NCBI GenBank assembly: GCA_044356215.1
Contig: JBIKWQ010000028.1
Span: 1-41,215 of the forward strand
DNA: 41,215 nt
Reading direction: 5' to 3'
Source: Bdellovibrionota bacterium
Lineage (GTDB): Bacteria > Bdellovibrionota_C > UBA2361 > OMII01
The position numbers were made by a program, and so were the translations under genes. Below are positions 1 through 9,700 of this stretch, in pieces. Below the pieces are notes generated by a model. That model was not told where the DNA came from. It saw only the letters and a program-made list of their open reading frames with translations, and did no database searches. Each line of letters opens with the position of its first letter. Position 1 is the first letter of the stretch.

Positions 1-125
1 ATCCAAGCTTCCGATACTTCCAAATCACTCGCCTTTCGGCCACACCTAACTGTCCTTTTGAATCTTCCATAACTACCTAGATGCGATACGCATTCTAGGT
101 GTTGCGTTTCGGAGTTGAATCTACC
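1..125 (-). mobile_element. IS30-family insertion sequence, left end (IRL at 100-125, transposase start at 70), running off the window
   Basis: Exact reverse complement of 41090-41214. The terminus GGTAGATTCAACTCCGAAACGCAACA matches 20/26 nt of the E. coli IS30 IRL as I recall it (TGTAGATTCAATTGGTCAACGCAACA). It is followed by MEDSKGQLGVAERRVIWKYRKLG, resembling the QLxxxERxxI...G start of IS30 transposases. Confidence 0.85.
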
Positions 126-330
126 GAGCCAATACGAGGGCCCTGATGTTGTGGCATTTAATCTTGGCAAGCATCATTTTCAACTAGTCGTAGGTACAGA
201 TGATAAAGGTCGCGCCCTAACTTGCCAGATAAAGCAAGGAGAAAAAATACTTCTCTCGTTTGAAGGACATGGCAGTTACGTGTTCGAAGGCTGGCAAACG
301 AATGACACGGTCGAATTGAAAGCGCGTTGA
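126..330 (+). pseudogene. 3' remnant of a hypothetical gene interrupted by the IS30 copy
   Basis: Open frame to TGA at 330. The ORF-track start (115) lies inside the IS end. It is convergent on cbpA with a hairpin between them. Confidence 0.6.
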
Positions 331-374
331 GGACTAACGTCATACCTAGATAGTCCTCTGCAAGTTAGCAAACC

Positions 375-406
375 CAGCAAAACGTCGCGATAGCGAGGTT
401 TTGCTG
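375..406. terminator. Hairpin, probable bidirectional terminator (copy 1)
   Basis: CAGCAAAAC-G-TCGC-GATA-GCGA-G-GTTTTGCTG between convergent stop codons. Confidence 0.65.
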
Positions 407-413
407 CTCTCCC

Positions 414-572
414 CTACCCCCGCGGATTAAACCGTGACTCGGCTGCCAGAGCCTCAAAGTGCTCGCGCTCTTTCTCTGAAAGCGTAGCAGGCACTACTAT
501 CTTTATCTCAGCCAACGCATCACCCCGCTCGCCTTTACCGGCTGCGAATCCGCGTCCGCGGACCCTAAGCTT
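414..572 (-). pseudogene. Displaced 3' fragment of cbpA (KLRVRGRG...RFNPRG*)
   Basis: Same protein sequence as the C-terminus of 1741-2712, with no start codon. Confidence 0.9.
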
Positions 573-612
573 CGAGAAACGAACAAAACACCGAGAAAAA
601 CGAGTTTTGAGA

Positions 613-1476
613 TCACTCTAGAACGAGGGCAAGGGGTTTGAAGATCTCCATCGCCCCCCAGCCCGGAGGAGTGACGAAGCTGACTATAAACATCCGTGGC
701 TGGCCATGTTGATCTGCAGGTGAGTAGTGCAGGGTATCAAAGTTCCCGGGTTCTCCAAAGGGCAATTCAGCGGTCTTGGCGCCTTTGAACAGAACGAGTT
801 GATGGCGCCTCATGGACATCGCGCCATCTACTTCACAAACTTCTTTAAAATTTCCGGGCACGTAACAAAATTTCAAATCAGAGCCAGTTTGGCAGAAGGC
901 CCTTAGAGGAAGTTTTTTTGATTCTTCAGGGGCAACAAAGATCGTGGTAGGTCCGCAGATCGTCACCGCGGCGGCGATGTCGTTGTGGATGTGGGGTTGC
1001 AGAAACGTCCTAGAGATATTTATCTGGGTGGTAATCGCATTCTTTACACCGGGGAAGAGGTCGGCCAAGAGTTGCCGATTATCTAAAACCTTACGGATAA
1101 TTATTTGGGTACTTTTCGGGTCAGCTTGTGCAAAGCCGATATTATTAAAGAACTGTAAAAGATTCTCATCCTCTGACTGACAGCTAACTCCCCCAATTAG
1201 ATCGTGCTCGTCTAAAAAGCAGATTCCTAACTTCCTGTCGACCTCTTCGACGAGCTGGTAGAAGCAATCTGAGGCAGGCGTCAGATTGTTAGAGCGAGCG
1301 AATCGCTCATAGCTGGCGCACGCTGCAATGAATTCAGTCTCGTGTTCAAGCGAGCATGCGGCCAAGGTCACGCCAGGCTGCATGATAAGCTTCATAGCTT
1401 CTTTCACATCTCCGCCCGTGTGCGAGATGACCTGGTCAACGTTCAACGGCCTTACTTGCTGCTTACCTACCATCAT
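613..1476 (-). CDS. DUF1826-like protein (probable 2OG-Fe(II) oxygenase-type fold)
   Basis: HxD (HIHND), TICGPTT, LVLFKG, LHYSP and a downstream Arg (PRMFIV) follow the DUF1826 motif order. Confidence 0.6.
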   Translation of the reverse strand: MMVGKQQVRPLNVDQVISHTGGDVKEAMKLIMQPGVTLAACSLEHETEFIAACASYERFARSNNLTPASDCFYQLVEEVDRKLGICFLDEHDLIGGVSCQSEDENLLQFFNNIGFAQADPKSTQIIIRKVLDNRQLLADLFPGVKNAITTQINISRTFLQPHIHNDIAAAVTICGPTTIFVAPEESKKLPLRAFCQTGSDLKFCYVPGNFKEVCEVDGAMSMRRHQLVLFKGAKTAELPFGEPGNFDTLHYSPADQHGQPRMFIVSFVTPPGWGAMEIFKPLALVLE

Positions 1477-1592
1477 AAACTTCGTTCCGAGAACTACAAT
1501 TGCCGCTATTAGGATTATTCGATTGGCAGGATATCAGCTCCTCTGCGCTACTCAACCCCTGTCCCGATCTGTTGGTTATAGTACGACCCTTA

Positions 1593-1899
1593 GACATGGC
1601 AGTTACGTGTTCGAAGGCTGGCAAACGAATGACACGGTCGAATTGAAAGCGCGTTGAGGACTAACGTCACACCTAGATAGTCCTCTGCAAGTTAGCAAAC
1701 CCAGCAAAACGTCGCGATAGCGAGGTTTTGCTGCTCTCCCCTACCCCCGCGGATTAAACCTTGACTCGGCTGCCAGAGCCTCAAAGTGCTCGCGCTCTTT
1801 CTCTGAAAGCGTAGCAGGCACTACTATCTTTATCTCAGCCAACGCATCACCCCGCTCGCCTTTACCGGCTGCGAATCCTCGTCCACGGACCCTTAACTT
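1593..1899 (+). repeat. 307-bp direct repeat, copy 2
   Basis: Matches 266-572. Confidence 0.97.
1702..1733. terminator. Hairpin, probable terminator of cbpA (copy 2)
   Basis: Same hairpin as 375-406, immediately past the cbpA stop. Confidence 0.65.
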
Positions 1900-2712
1900 T
1901 GCTCCGCTCTGCGATCCAGGCGGAACAGATAACTTAATCGCCCCATCTGGTAACACCAGATCAACCTTCGCCCCAAGCGCCGCTTCCCATGGAGTTATCG
2001 GTAGCTTAACTATCAGATCACTTCCTGAAGCTTGATATCTTGTATGCTTTGCTAACCTAATGCGTAGATATAAATCACCCTCACCGCTTTTTCCGGCTAA
2101 TCTAATAGTCGCTCCATCTCCCGTTCCAACGGGGATCTTAACCTGAATACTACGCGTGCGACCCTCTGGGTCAGTTAACTGCAAAGACTTCGTTGCCCCA
2201 GTAAGCGCATCTTCAAAAGTAATCTCAACTTGCGCCTCGCTTGCCTGCGGAGCTCGGCTCTTCGCGCCTCCGAAAGCCCCTGACTGTCCCGCGCCTCGAG
2301 TTCCAAACCCCTGCCCACCGAATCCTTGACCTCCGAAGGCCTGCCCGCCGAAACCACCTGCTCCGAAGATAGCATCAAAGAAATCGCTAAAACCGCCATT
2401 TGCAAAGCCGGCTCCACCGCCTTGACCGAAGTTAAAGTTAAAGCTACCGCCGTTACCCTCCCAGCCTGGTGGTGGCCTAAACTCCTGGCCAGCTTTCCAG
2501 TTCGCTCCGAGAGCATCGTATCTCTTGCGCTTTTCAGCGTCGCTTAAGACTTCATTAGCCTCGTTAATCTCTTTAAAACGATCTTCAGCTTCCTTGGTCT
2601 TATTAATATCCGGATGATACTTCCGCGCCAGCTTGCGATAAGCCTTCTGGATCTCGTCCGCTGAGGCGCTTCTATTGACGCCTAAAGTCTCGTAATAATC
2701 TTTAAATTGCAC
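1741..2712 (-). CDS. cbpA: CbpA-like class B J-domain chaperone
   Basis: KDYY...HPD J-domain, G/F-rich linker and DnaJ C-terminal domain (ITPWEAALG); no zinc finger; GTG start. Confidence 0.9.
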   Translation of the reverse strand: MQFKDYYETLGVNRSASADEIQKAYRKLARKYHPDINKTKEAEDRFKEINEANEVLSDAEKRKRYDALGANWKAGQEFRPPPGWEGNGGSFNFNFGQGGGAGFANGGFSDFFDAIFGAGGFGGQAFGGQGFGGQGFGTRGAGQSGAFGGAKSRAPQASEAQVEITFEDALTGATKSLQLTDPEGRTRSIQVKIPVGTGDGATIRLAGKSGEGDLYLRIRLAKHTRYQASGSDLIVKLPITPWEAALGAKVDLVLPDGAIKLSVPPGSQSGAKLRVRGRGFAAGKGERGDALAEIKIVVPATLSEKEREHFEALAAESRFNPRG

Positions 2713-2849
2713 CTTTAACGCCCCTTGCTAGTTATGGTGATACACGTCTGCACAAGCGAGTTAGTTCACCACTGAGGCATATAATCACTTAAACGGCGGT
2801 TTCCAAGGGACGTGATAGCTAATTATATCCTCACCCGCTCTGCCGCCTC

Positions 2850-3980
2850 CTACTCGGGCTTTAGGATACCCCTTAAGCTCTTTATGAAACTAGGCCACCT
2901 ATCAGTGCGCGTGGAGTACAGCCATGAGAAATCGTCGTTTCGGAAATAAACTAAAGCCGCTGAAATCAAGGAAGTCACGGCCATGATCCCGATTCCTACC
3001 CCACTTGATAGTTGAAACGACTGAATAACCGCCAATCCAAGACCCAAAGGCACAGAGATACCTCCAAGCAGCTGCCACCTCGCGTCCGAACGTTGCTTGC
3101 GCTCCTCCGCAAGAGCCTGAATCTGATTAGCTTCATCCTGTTCCTCTATCGCCCGCCTCTTCAATAGATCTGAATGGAGCTGCCACGTCCACTTAATCGA
3201 GTCAGATAACTGCTTACAGGTATCCTCATGGGAATTAAAAAGCTCTAATAAAGAATCTAGTCCCGGTCCAAGTGTCTGCTGGGTAGTCGAATCGACTTTA
3301 TTTAGAGATAGGCTCGCTGAACGCGCCACTCCTGACCTCATCATACTTACCCGCCGGCGGATATACTCAACCGCCAAATAGATCGATGCTAGCTGTTCGT
3401 ACTCAGGGTCATTTAACGTCTCTCGCGCCACCTTCTTTAGTAGGGGTGCGACACATCTATCAAAGCCAAGTTCAACTTGAGGCAACGTATCAAGCGACTT
3501 CTCCAGTATCAGACGCGCGATATTCAAGGCATCCGCCGAGAATCCCTCTGTCATCATCTTCTCGCGCGCCCCGTTGATACCGCAGCTACTCCCATCGTGA
3601 ATCGAAACGAGATGGTTTTTACCGGCTAAAACAAGGAGAATCTTTGATTTGTCAACCTCGTACGGCCTCTCTTGGTCGTAACGGAACTCGCGGCCATGCA
3701 AGACCTCGCAATCTTGTGCTCGTATATTAATTCCCCTCTCCCTTAATTTCTCCAATGCTATCTGAACGGCCCTCTCTTCCTCAACTTCATGAGTGCTATG
3801 GTGAGCGGCAGATAACTCAACATCTATCCAGACATTCTCTGGCTGCTCTGATACACGACGCCCCATGTACTGATCGTAAGAGCTTAAAACTGGACGCTTC
3901 CAGCCGGGAAGCTTTATGTCCGCGACCGTTTCCCGTCTACTAGGAAAATCTCTTTCTACATCAATAGCTAGCGCACTCAT
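2850..3980 (-). CDS. Divergent CorA-superfamily transporter-like protein
   Basis: VWID motif, large soluble domain, long stalk helix and two C-terminal TM segments; GMN signature absent. Confidence 0.55.
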   Translation of the reverse strand: MSALAIDVERDFPSRRETVADIKLPGWKRPVLSSYDQYMGRRVSEQPENVWIDVELSAAHHSTHEVEEERAVQIALEKLRERGINIRAQDCEVLHGREFRYDQERPYEVDKSKILLVLAGKNHLVSIHDGSSCGINGAREKMMTEGFSADALNIARLILEKSLDTLPQVELGFDRCVAPLLKKVARETLNDPEYEQLASIYLAVEYIRRRVSMMRSGVARSASLSLNKVDSTTQQTLGPGLDSLLELFNSHEDTCKQLSDSIKWTWQLHSDLLKRRAIEEQDEANQIQALAEERKQRSDARWQLLGGISVPLGLGLAVIQSFQLSSGVGIGIMAVTSLISAALVYFRNDDFSWLYSTRTDRWPSFIKSLRGILKPE

Positions 3981-4056
3981 GTGATGATAATACTACACGT
4001 AGCTGGCCTAACAAAGAGCGGCCTATACCTTTAGTGGGGCGTCGCAGTTCTTTATC

Positions 4057-4142
4057 ACCACAGAGGACGCAGAGGACACAGAGAACGGCCATTTTATGGT
4101 CAATTTTGGTGTTTTCTCTGTGTCCTCTGCGTCCTCTGTGGT
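4057..4142. repeat. Perfect 29-bp inverted repeat with 28-bp spacer, built from 9-bp CAGAGGAC(A/G) units
   Basis: ACCACAGAGGACGCAGAGGACACAGAGAA (4057-4085) and its reverse complement (4114-4142). Confidence 0.95.
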
Positions 4143-4269
4143 AAAAAATATTTTGCTAATCATCCCAGCAGTTTACCAAAAACACTGCGGCGCCCTATTT
4201 CGCCGGTATTGATTTAATTCAACCATAAAAGTATGTTTTAAGCCGTTTAAAGCCCATTCTGCAGGTTTA

Positions 4270-4785
4270 TTGAGGCGGGTGCAGGTTCGTAGAGGCGGAG
4301 GTTTTATGTACAGCGGCGGAGTAACATTTTCTATCTCGAAATCTTTTGGCCGTTTGCAGCTGATTCCGGAATCGGAGGGGCTGCGCATGTTCTATATACC
4401 GATAGTAGATGGCTCAGAGACACCTGGCGCTCCCGGTCACTTGGACCTGCTTCTACCGATAGACGCCATAGGAGGCTTGTGGGCAACAACTCGGGCCTTT
4501 TTATACGGCGTAGAATCCCTCGATGAAAATGTAATCCTTCAAGGTGGCGCGGTTGAGAGCGACTCCGATTCTCTAGTTAAACTTTACCGGGACAAGCCTC
4601 GCGGTCAGCAAGGCAAGTTAACTGGCGAGGAGACCTGCTGGCTTCGTATAGTCACGGGTCGCACAGAGGAAGAGAGGCGCCGAATAAAGTTAGGCCCCAG
4701 AGATCTGCTCTGCATCGAGCTAGCCTGTAACTCAGTGATGATTCTCGCCGGGCAGAGGGGAACCCACAGGCCTGTTCTGGCCTAA
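4270..4785 (+). CDS. Hypothetical protein (true start probably the downstream ATG, MYSGG...)
   Basis: Only sizeable ORF in the gap, followed by a strong hairpin. Confidence 0.65.
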   Translation: MRRVQVRRGGGFMYSGGVTFSISKSFGRLQLIPESEGLRMFYIPIVDGSETPGAPGHLDLLLPIDAIGGLWATTRAFLYGVESLDENVILQGGAVESDSDSLVKLYRDKPRGQQGKLTGEETCWLRIVTGRTEEERRRIKLGPRDLLCIELACNSVMILAGQRGTHRPVLA

Positions 4786-4814
4786 CTAGTCCGGGGGAAC
4801 GCAATTGAAGGCAA

Positions 4815-4860
4815 ACCCTTATATTGACCGATAAGTAAAGTTATCGGTCAATATAAGGGT
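4815..4860. terminator. Perfect 20-bp stem hairpin between convergent genes
   Basis: ACCCTTATATTGACCGATAA-GTAAAG-TTATCGGTCAATATAAGGGT; no clear U-tract. Confidence 0.6.
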
Positions 4861-4867
4861 AGCAGCC

Positions 4868-6214
4868 TTACCAGTTGCAGCCACGTTCAGAGCCGGTTCC
4901 TAAAGGGCCAAGGAAGACCATTTTTCTTGATAACCAGCTAGGACAGTCACTTGGTAGGTCAACTCCAATTGTTTGAGTCACAGTCTCTTCACCGCGTCTA
5001 AAGACGAGCTTGGTTCCTTGGGCACTCTCGCTACAGAGGTCATCTTGGCAAGACAGGTACGCGCACAGAGTGATGTATGAAAGTCTGGGCGACTCTGTCT
5101 CGATTCTTCTCCTCAAGCCAGCATCTGCCGTCTCAAGTACCTCGACCGAGTCTCCAAAATATCCGAAGGGATCAAAGGCTGGCGGCATGAAGAAATGGTT
5201 TGAATATTCCGGCTCGATTCTAAGATTACTGTACATCGTAAGAGCCGATCTGGTCTTAAGCCCAAGATACGGCGAGAAGCCGTTAATAAGCTCAAGCAAG
5301 AGCACAAAAACAATAGGGGCGCCTACCCTAGATTTGGTCGTCGATTGGTCGCTAAATCGGAAGGTAAGATAGCTAAGGCGTAGCGCATAGAAAATAAAAA
5401 GTACGTGCCTGATCATAGCATATTCGACTGGACCGATTACGTTCAATAAAGATAACGCAACCAATGCGCACGCCGCGAAGATCGCAACCTGACTAGCGGA
5501 TAGAAATCGAGTTGTCAGATCTCTGTATATCCCCTCAGCCCGGCTCTCGGGAAGCCAGCTAATAAGCAATACGAACATTACGCTAGAAAAATTGCCGAAA
5601 TATTTAACATAATGAAGTGATAGCGAGGTGTGAAAAATAATACCTAGCCAAACTCCAGCCGTCCGAGATCGGGGCCAAAGCAGTAGTATTGGCAACAATA
5701 TCTCCATCACTAATGACCAGAGAGATATAAGTTGGGATACTTCTCCAGGAATAGTCGCTCGGATTCCATAAAGACTAAGAGTTTGCTGCCCGAAAAGCCC
5801 AGAGCAACTTATAGCTGGCTCAAAATAAGCGAAATTCATCTTCGCTAGCGCGGCGAAGAAATATACGACTATCATTAACCAACGAAGAGTCCCAATCGCC
5901 GACCAAAAAAACTCAGGAAGCGATTTTGCCGCTCTACCTCCGATAAGAACAGTGAGGGCGACGCTAAGGTGAATCCACCGATGATTTGGTACTACGGGCA
6001 TCTCTTCGAGCCACCCGATGACACAAAGCGCGGAGGCGAACCTAAGAGCCAGGAGGCTACGGTGATTTAGCAGCAGTATTAGCCCGCCAAAAACTAAGAG
6101 AAGAGACGGCCACAATAACGTCCACGGAGCATTCCACGAGACCGGGGAGATACCAGTTACTATGAGAGAGATGGACCAAACAAGAGAGAATAAATAGGAC
6201 GAGTACTGCAACAT
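4868..6214 (-). CDS. HTTM-like multi-pass membrane protein
   Basis: NH motif, YFFAALAKMN, E..LP.LL, FH and FSS motifs plus TMYSNL; many TM segments. Confidence 0.65.
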   Translation of the reverse strand: MLQYSSYLFSLVWSISLIVTGISPVSWNAPWTLLWPSLLLVFGGLILLLNHRSLLALRFASALCVIGWLEEMPVVPNHRWIHLSVALTVLIGGRAAKSLPEFFWSAIGTLRWLMIVVYFFAALAKMNFAYFEPAISCSGLFGQQTLSLYGIRATIPGEVSQLISLWSLVMEILLPILLLWPRSRTAGVWLGIIFHTSLSLHYVKYFGNFSSVMFVLLISWLPESRAEGIYRDLTTRFLSASQVAIFAACALVALSLLNVIGPVEYAMIRHVLFIFYALRLSYLTFRFSDQSTTKSRVGAPIVFVLLLELINGFSPYLGLKTRSALTMYSNLRIEPEYSNHFFMPPAFDPFGYFGDSVEVLETADAGLRRRIETESPRLSYITLCAYLSCQDDLCSESAQGTKLVFRRGEETVTQTIGVDLPSDCPSWLSRKMVFLGPLGTGSERGCNW

Positions 6215-6326
6215 ACCCGCTATGATTCTCCGCGGCCAAGTCTAGCGCAAGGATGATTCTTGACCGATTAAGCTGGGGAACGCCCGGCGAATTCCTACTC
6301 CTTTTTCGTCTCTGCTCGCAAGATAC

Positions 6327-8849
6327 CTATCGCAGACTGGCTCCCCGTCTCATACTAACTAAAACAGTTTTCTTCACTTCTACCGAGCCACCAACTGGAT
6401 CCTTAACTGTTACCGACAACTTTAAGCGCCTGTCTCTAACAAATGAACGTCTAACCGAACTGGTTCGGTACCTCTTGCCATCTGAAAACTTCCAAAGATA
6501 AGTCAGCTTCTCTCCCTCAGGGTCGCGCGACGAACTGGCGTCGATAGTCACATATCGACGGCCTTTAGAGCGTTTGCTGATTACCGGCGCGAACTCAACC
6601 CTGGGCGGAGAATTCCGATAAACAGCCGTTAAAGTCTCACTTGATGACTTGGTTAAAAAAGTCCTAACAGGATTAAGATACCCATCACTCCAGCCAACGA
6701 ATGACCTCCCCGCATAGATACCGGGCGCTCGAATCGATTGCTCCGAGCCCACAATAGGCCGCGCGATGTACGGGGCGACAACATCCTGTTCCTCGTCTAG
6801 GTAGCTAATCGTCGCTCCGGACGGCTCACTCGAGAAGATATATGGGGAAACTCTTGGGGGCAACTTAACGCATTTCTGATCCGCCAGTCCATCGCCGATA
6901 CTAGCGACGAGGCACAGTTCATAAGCCGTGTTATCAGAGTGCTCAGTCGGTATAAATCTTCCCGCAGCCCCATCAATTTCAGACACAAGATGTGTGTGCT
7001 GATTGTGGATCTGAAGGATGCTCCAGGAGAGCGATAACCTCTCTGGGAATTCGGTAATTGCCTCCCCAGAAAACTGGATCTCCTTTCCAATCTCGAATAG
7101 GTTTCCAACTTGCGGGGTGATAATTCGCGCAATGGGAGCATTCATACCTGCACGAACTGTAAACGTATCGGATGAACTAGCGAAGGGTGCACTTGTTTCT
7201 GTTACTGTTACCTTCACTGTATATGTTCCGACGCGTGTGTAGACGTGATTTACATCGGCATCAGTAGCTGTGTTGCCATCACCAAAGTCCCAAAGAAAAG
7301 TGAGAGACTGACCATCCGGATCGTAACTTGCTGAAGCTCTGGCGTTAACAACAAGTGGCACATCTCCCGATGTTGGTGACACGGATGCCTTTACTACTGG
7401 ACTTGAATTACCCGAGCCAACAGCTTTGAATCTCCTAACCTGACTGGTACGCGTCTTTAGGTCGAGATAAACCGCATAGATGTTCTTATCTGGACCAGAG
7501 AACAGCTCAACCGCCCCAAGATTACTCCCCACCTCAGTGGCAAAGTTATGCGCAGTGGGGCGACCATTTGAATCAAATGTAAGATACCGGATAAACTTCT
7601 GCGCGTAATCGGCGAAAAAAAGCGCGCCTCTATACTTTTCCGCGTAAACTGTACCTTCATAGAAAGCAAGACCGGTTATCGATGCCCCTAGATCTTTACC
7701 AGTTTCATCGTATGGGTGCCGATAGTTAAAAAGCGGCTTCCGCACGATCTCTTGCCCTTTTGCATACATATCGTTACAGAAATCGATCGTTCGCGGGTGC
7801 GACCTATATCCTACTTGTCGGACACTGGCCGTTGCCTCTCCTTCCTGTTGAGCTCGATCTGTAAAGCCGCCTTCGTAACAGGGCCAACCGAAGTTTAAGC
7901 CCTTGCCGTTGTTGATCTCCTCGTAATAAGAGGTGCCAACATCACCAAAGAACGCGTCTCCCGATTTAGGGTGCAAGGTAATTCGAAACGGATTTCGAAA
8001 GCCGTAAGCCCAAGTTCTTGAGCGATTCGAACTAGGACTGTTGGGATCAAACCATGGATTATCGGCGAGCCCTTCTCCTGTATCTGGATTAATTCGGAGA
8101 ACACGCCCAGATAGTGAATCTAGATTCTGCGTACGAAGCCCCACTCGATTCGGCCCAGAGTAATCAGCGCCATCACCCAATGAAGCGAAGAGAATCCTAT
8201 TTGGCCCGAAGATCAAAGTACCGGCTGTATGAGAAGTCGAATCACAGGCTATACAGTCCTCTATCGGCGTTCCATCCATATTTAGTCCAGTCATGCACGA
8301 CGCGCGCTCCGGGATGTTAAGATCTCCAGGTGGCACTGGCGGAGCCATGTTAGCGAGAGTGCTATTCTTGCCGACAATTACCTCAAGTGAATCAGGCAGA
8401 GCCACAGTGTAGTCCTTGCTCGCGTCGGCCGTTAAACGAGCAATCTGGATTACTCTAGGTTCGGCGGAATCAGCAACAGCTCCAGGGGGATCAAAGACGT
8501 AGGAGATATAAATAAAAGGCTTAGCAGGAAAGCTAGGATCGACCGCAATTCCAAGCAAACCCCGGTCGGTTTGCTTATTCGTGATACTCTGAAGATCAAT
8601 AAAGGGCGTCGTCAGTAATTTACCCTTATCGACAACTCGAATAATTCCAACCTTAAGCGCGAGATAGGCGCGATCAGGCGTGGCGAATGCCATAGCTGTA
8701 GATATCGGGAGATCTCGCAGTACAACTTCCTCAACAAAATTCTCACCTGGCGCGAACTCCGATTGAGATGCCGCCTCATTTATTGGGAATATTCCCGAAA
8801 CAAAAACAGATATAAACAACCAGAAGAAAAAAGTAGATGTTCGCGCCAT
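6327..8849 (-). CDS. Secreted PQQ-dependent sugar dehydrogenase (GSDH) family protein with PKD domains
   Basis: Signal peptide; RGLLGIAVDP, GFRNPFR, GDVG, NFGWPCYEG; PKD motifs WDFGDG and WKFSDG. Confidence 0.85.
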   Translation of the reverse strand: MARTSTFFFWLFISVFVSGIFPINEAASQSEFAPGENFVEEVVLRDLPISTAMAFATPDRAYLALKVGIIRVVDKGKLLTTPFIDLQSITNKQTDRGLLGIAVDPSFPAKPFIYISYVFDPPGAVADSAEPRVIQIARLTADASKDYTVALPDSLEVIVGKNSTLANMAPPVPPGDLNIPERASCMTGLNMDGTPIEDCIACDSTSHTAGTLIFGPNRILFASLGDGADYSGPNRVGLRTQNLDSLSGRVLRINPDTGEGLADNPWFDPNSPSSNRSRTWAYGFRNPFRITLHPKSGDAFFGDVGTSYYEEINNGKGLNFGWPCYEGGFTDRAQQEGEATASVRQVGYRSHPRTIDFCNDMYAKGQEIVRKPLFNYRHPYDETGKDLGASITGLAFYEGTVYAEKYRGALFFADYAQKFIRYLTFDSNGRPTAHNFATEVGSNLGAVELFSGPDKNIYAVYLDLKTRTSQVRRFKAVGSGNSSPVVKASVSPTSGDVPLVVNARASASYDPDGQSLTFLWDFGDGNTATDADVNHVYTRVGTYTVKVTVTETSAPFASSSDTFTVRAGMNAPIARIITPQVGNLFEIGKEIQFSGEAITEFPERLSLSWSILQIHNQHTHLVSEIDGAAGRFIPTEHSDNTAYELCLVASIGDGLADQKCVKLPPRVSPYIFSSEPSGATISYLDEEQDVVAPYIARPIVGSEQSIRAPGIYAGRSFVGWSDGYLNPVRTFLTKSSSETLTAVYRNSPPRVEFAPVISKRSKGRRYVTIDASSSRDPEGEKLTYLWKFSDGKRYRTSSVRRSFVRDRRLKLSVTVKDPVGGSVEVKKTVLVSMRRGASLR

Positions 8850-9337
8850 AGTGTTTTTCTCTCAACTTCGCGTAGTAGTTATCGCGAGTGATGAGGTAAC
8901 ACGGAAATATATTGGGCGGATATGAGATGAGACAGAGCCCCATGCCTCTCTCGCTATTACCGACAAGTAGTAGTCGAAAGGAAAGATGTGTCGATAATAA
9001 TCTTGGGATTGGCTCAGTGCTGCCAGGCATGGCTCCACATAGCTTATACTTCTCCTTTCCCCCCCCTCTTTTTTCTCGCCGCTCTCTTTGTACAAAAAGG
9101 ACCCGCCGAGGTTTTTATTCAAACAAAGAGGCCAACGAGAACGGACAGAGGGGGATACTGAAGGCGCGGCTTATACCTTACCCTCGCTGTGATCGCTGTT
9201 CAGGATTAACGAATTGCTCATTTCGTTACAAAGAGAAAAAGGGAACAGCGAGCCGGAAACGGGCCATAGCTACTTGTTGTCCTGAACCCTCTATGTGAAG
9301 ACTTATCGCCCAGGATGCTGGTAATAGTCAGACGCCC

Positions 9338-9700
9338 CTATCCCCCAGCCCTCTTAGCGCGGAGCCCTCGTCTTGTTAGTTCTTTAATTACAGTCTCGCA
9401 ATGATCTCCTTGCAGCTCGAGGACTCCATCTTTCTCAGCTCCCCCTCCTCCAGCCAGACGTTTGAGGTCTGAGAGGAGCTGCTTTAACTGCGGAGTGTTC
9501 ATGGCGACACCCGAGATAGTAGTGACCGTCTTGCCTGCCCTGCCCTTGTTCTCACGACGGACCTTGATATCTCCGTCACCCTTTATTAGTTGTTTCCTGA
9601 GAGCACCGCACTTACAGCTAGAAATTGGCTCAGAGCACCCGCTGCAGATTGCGCCCTTGTCAGTGGAATAAACTTCTCTATACTCTTCACGCTTTGTCAT
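9338..9700 (-). CDS. yciH: SUI1-family protein YciH
   Basis: VYSTD, C-x2-C, KGRAGKTVTTISG, LELQGDH, AGG C-terminus. Confidence 0.92.
   Translation of the reverse strand: MTKREEYREVYSTDKGAICSGCSEPISSCKCGALRKQLIKGDGDIKVRRENKGRAGKTVTTISGVAMNTPQLKQLLSDLKRLAGGGGAEKDGVLELQGDHCETVIKELTRRGLRAKRAGG

Larger units (their letters stand above)
266..572 (+). repeat. 307-bp direct repeat, copy 1 (3' end of left gene + hairpin + cbpA 3' fragment)
   Basis: Aligns without gaps to 1593-1899 (offset 1327) with 6 mismatches. Confidence 0.97.

Noticed and set aside
1..125. Terminal inverted repeats of a linear replicon or giant transposon
   Set aside because: The content is chromosomal (guaA, cbpA) and the repeat resembles an IS30 left end pointing outward.
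1328..1657. 109-aa ORF sharing a C-terminus with 115-330
   Set aside because: Product of the direct repeat; mostly antisense to the 613-1476 gene.
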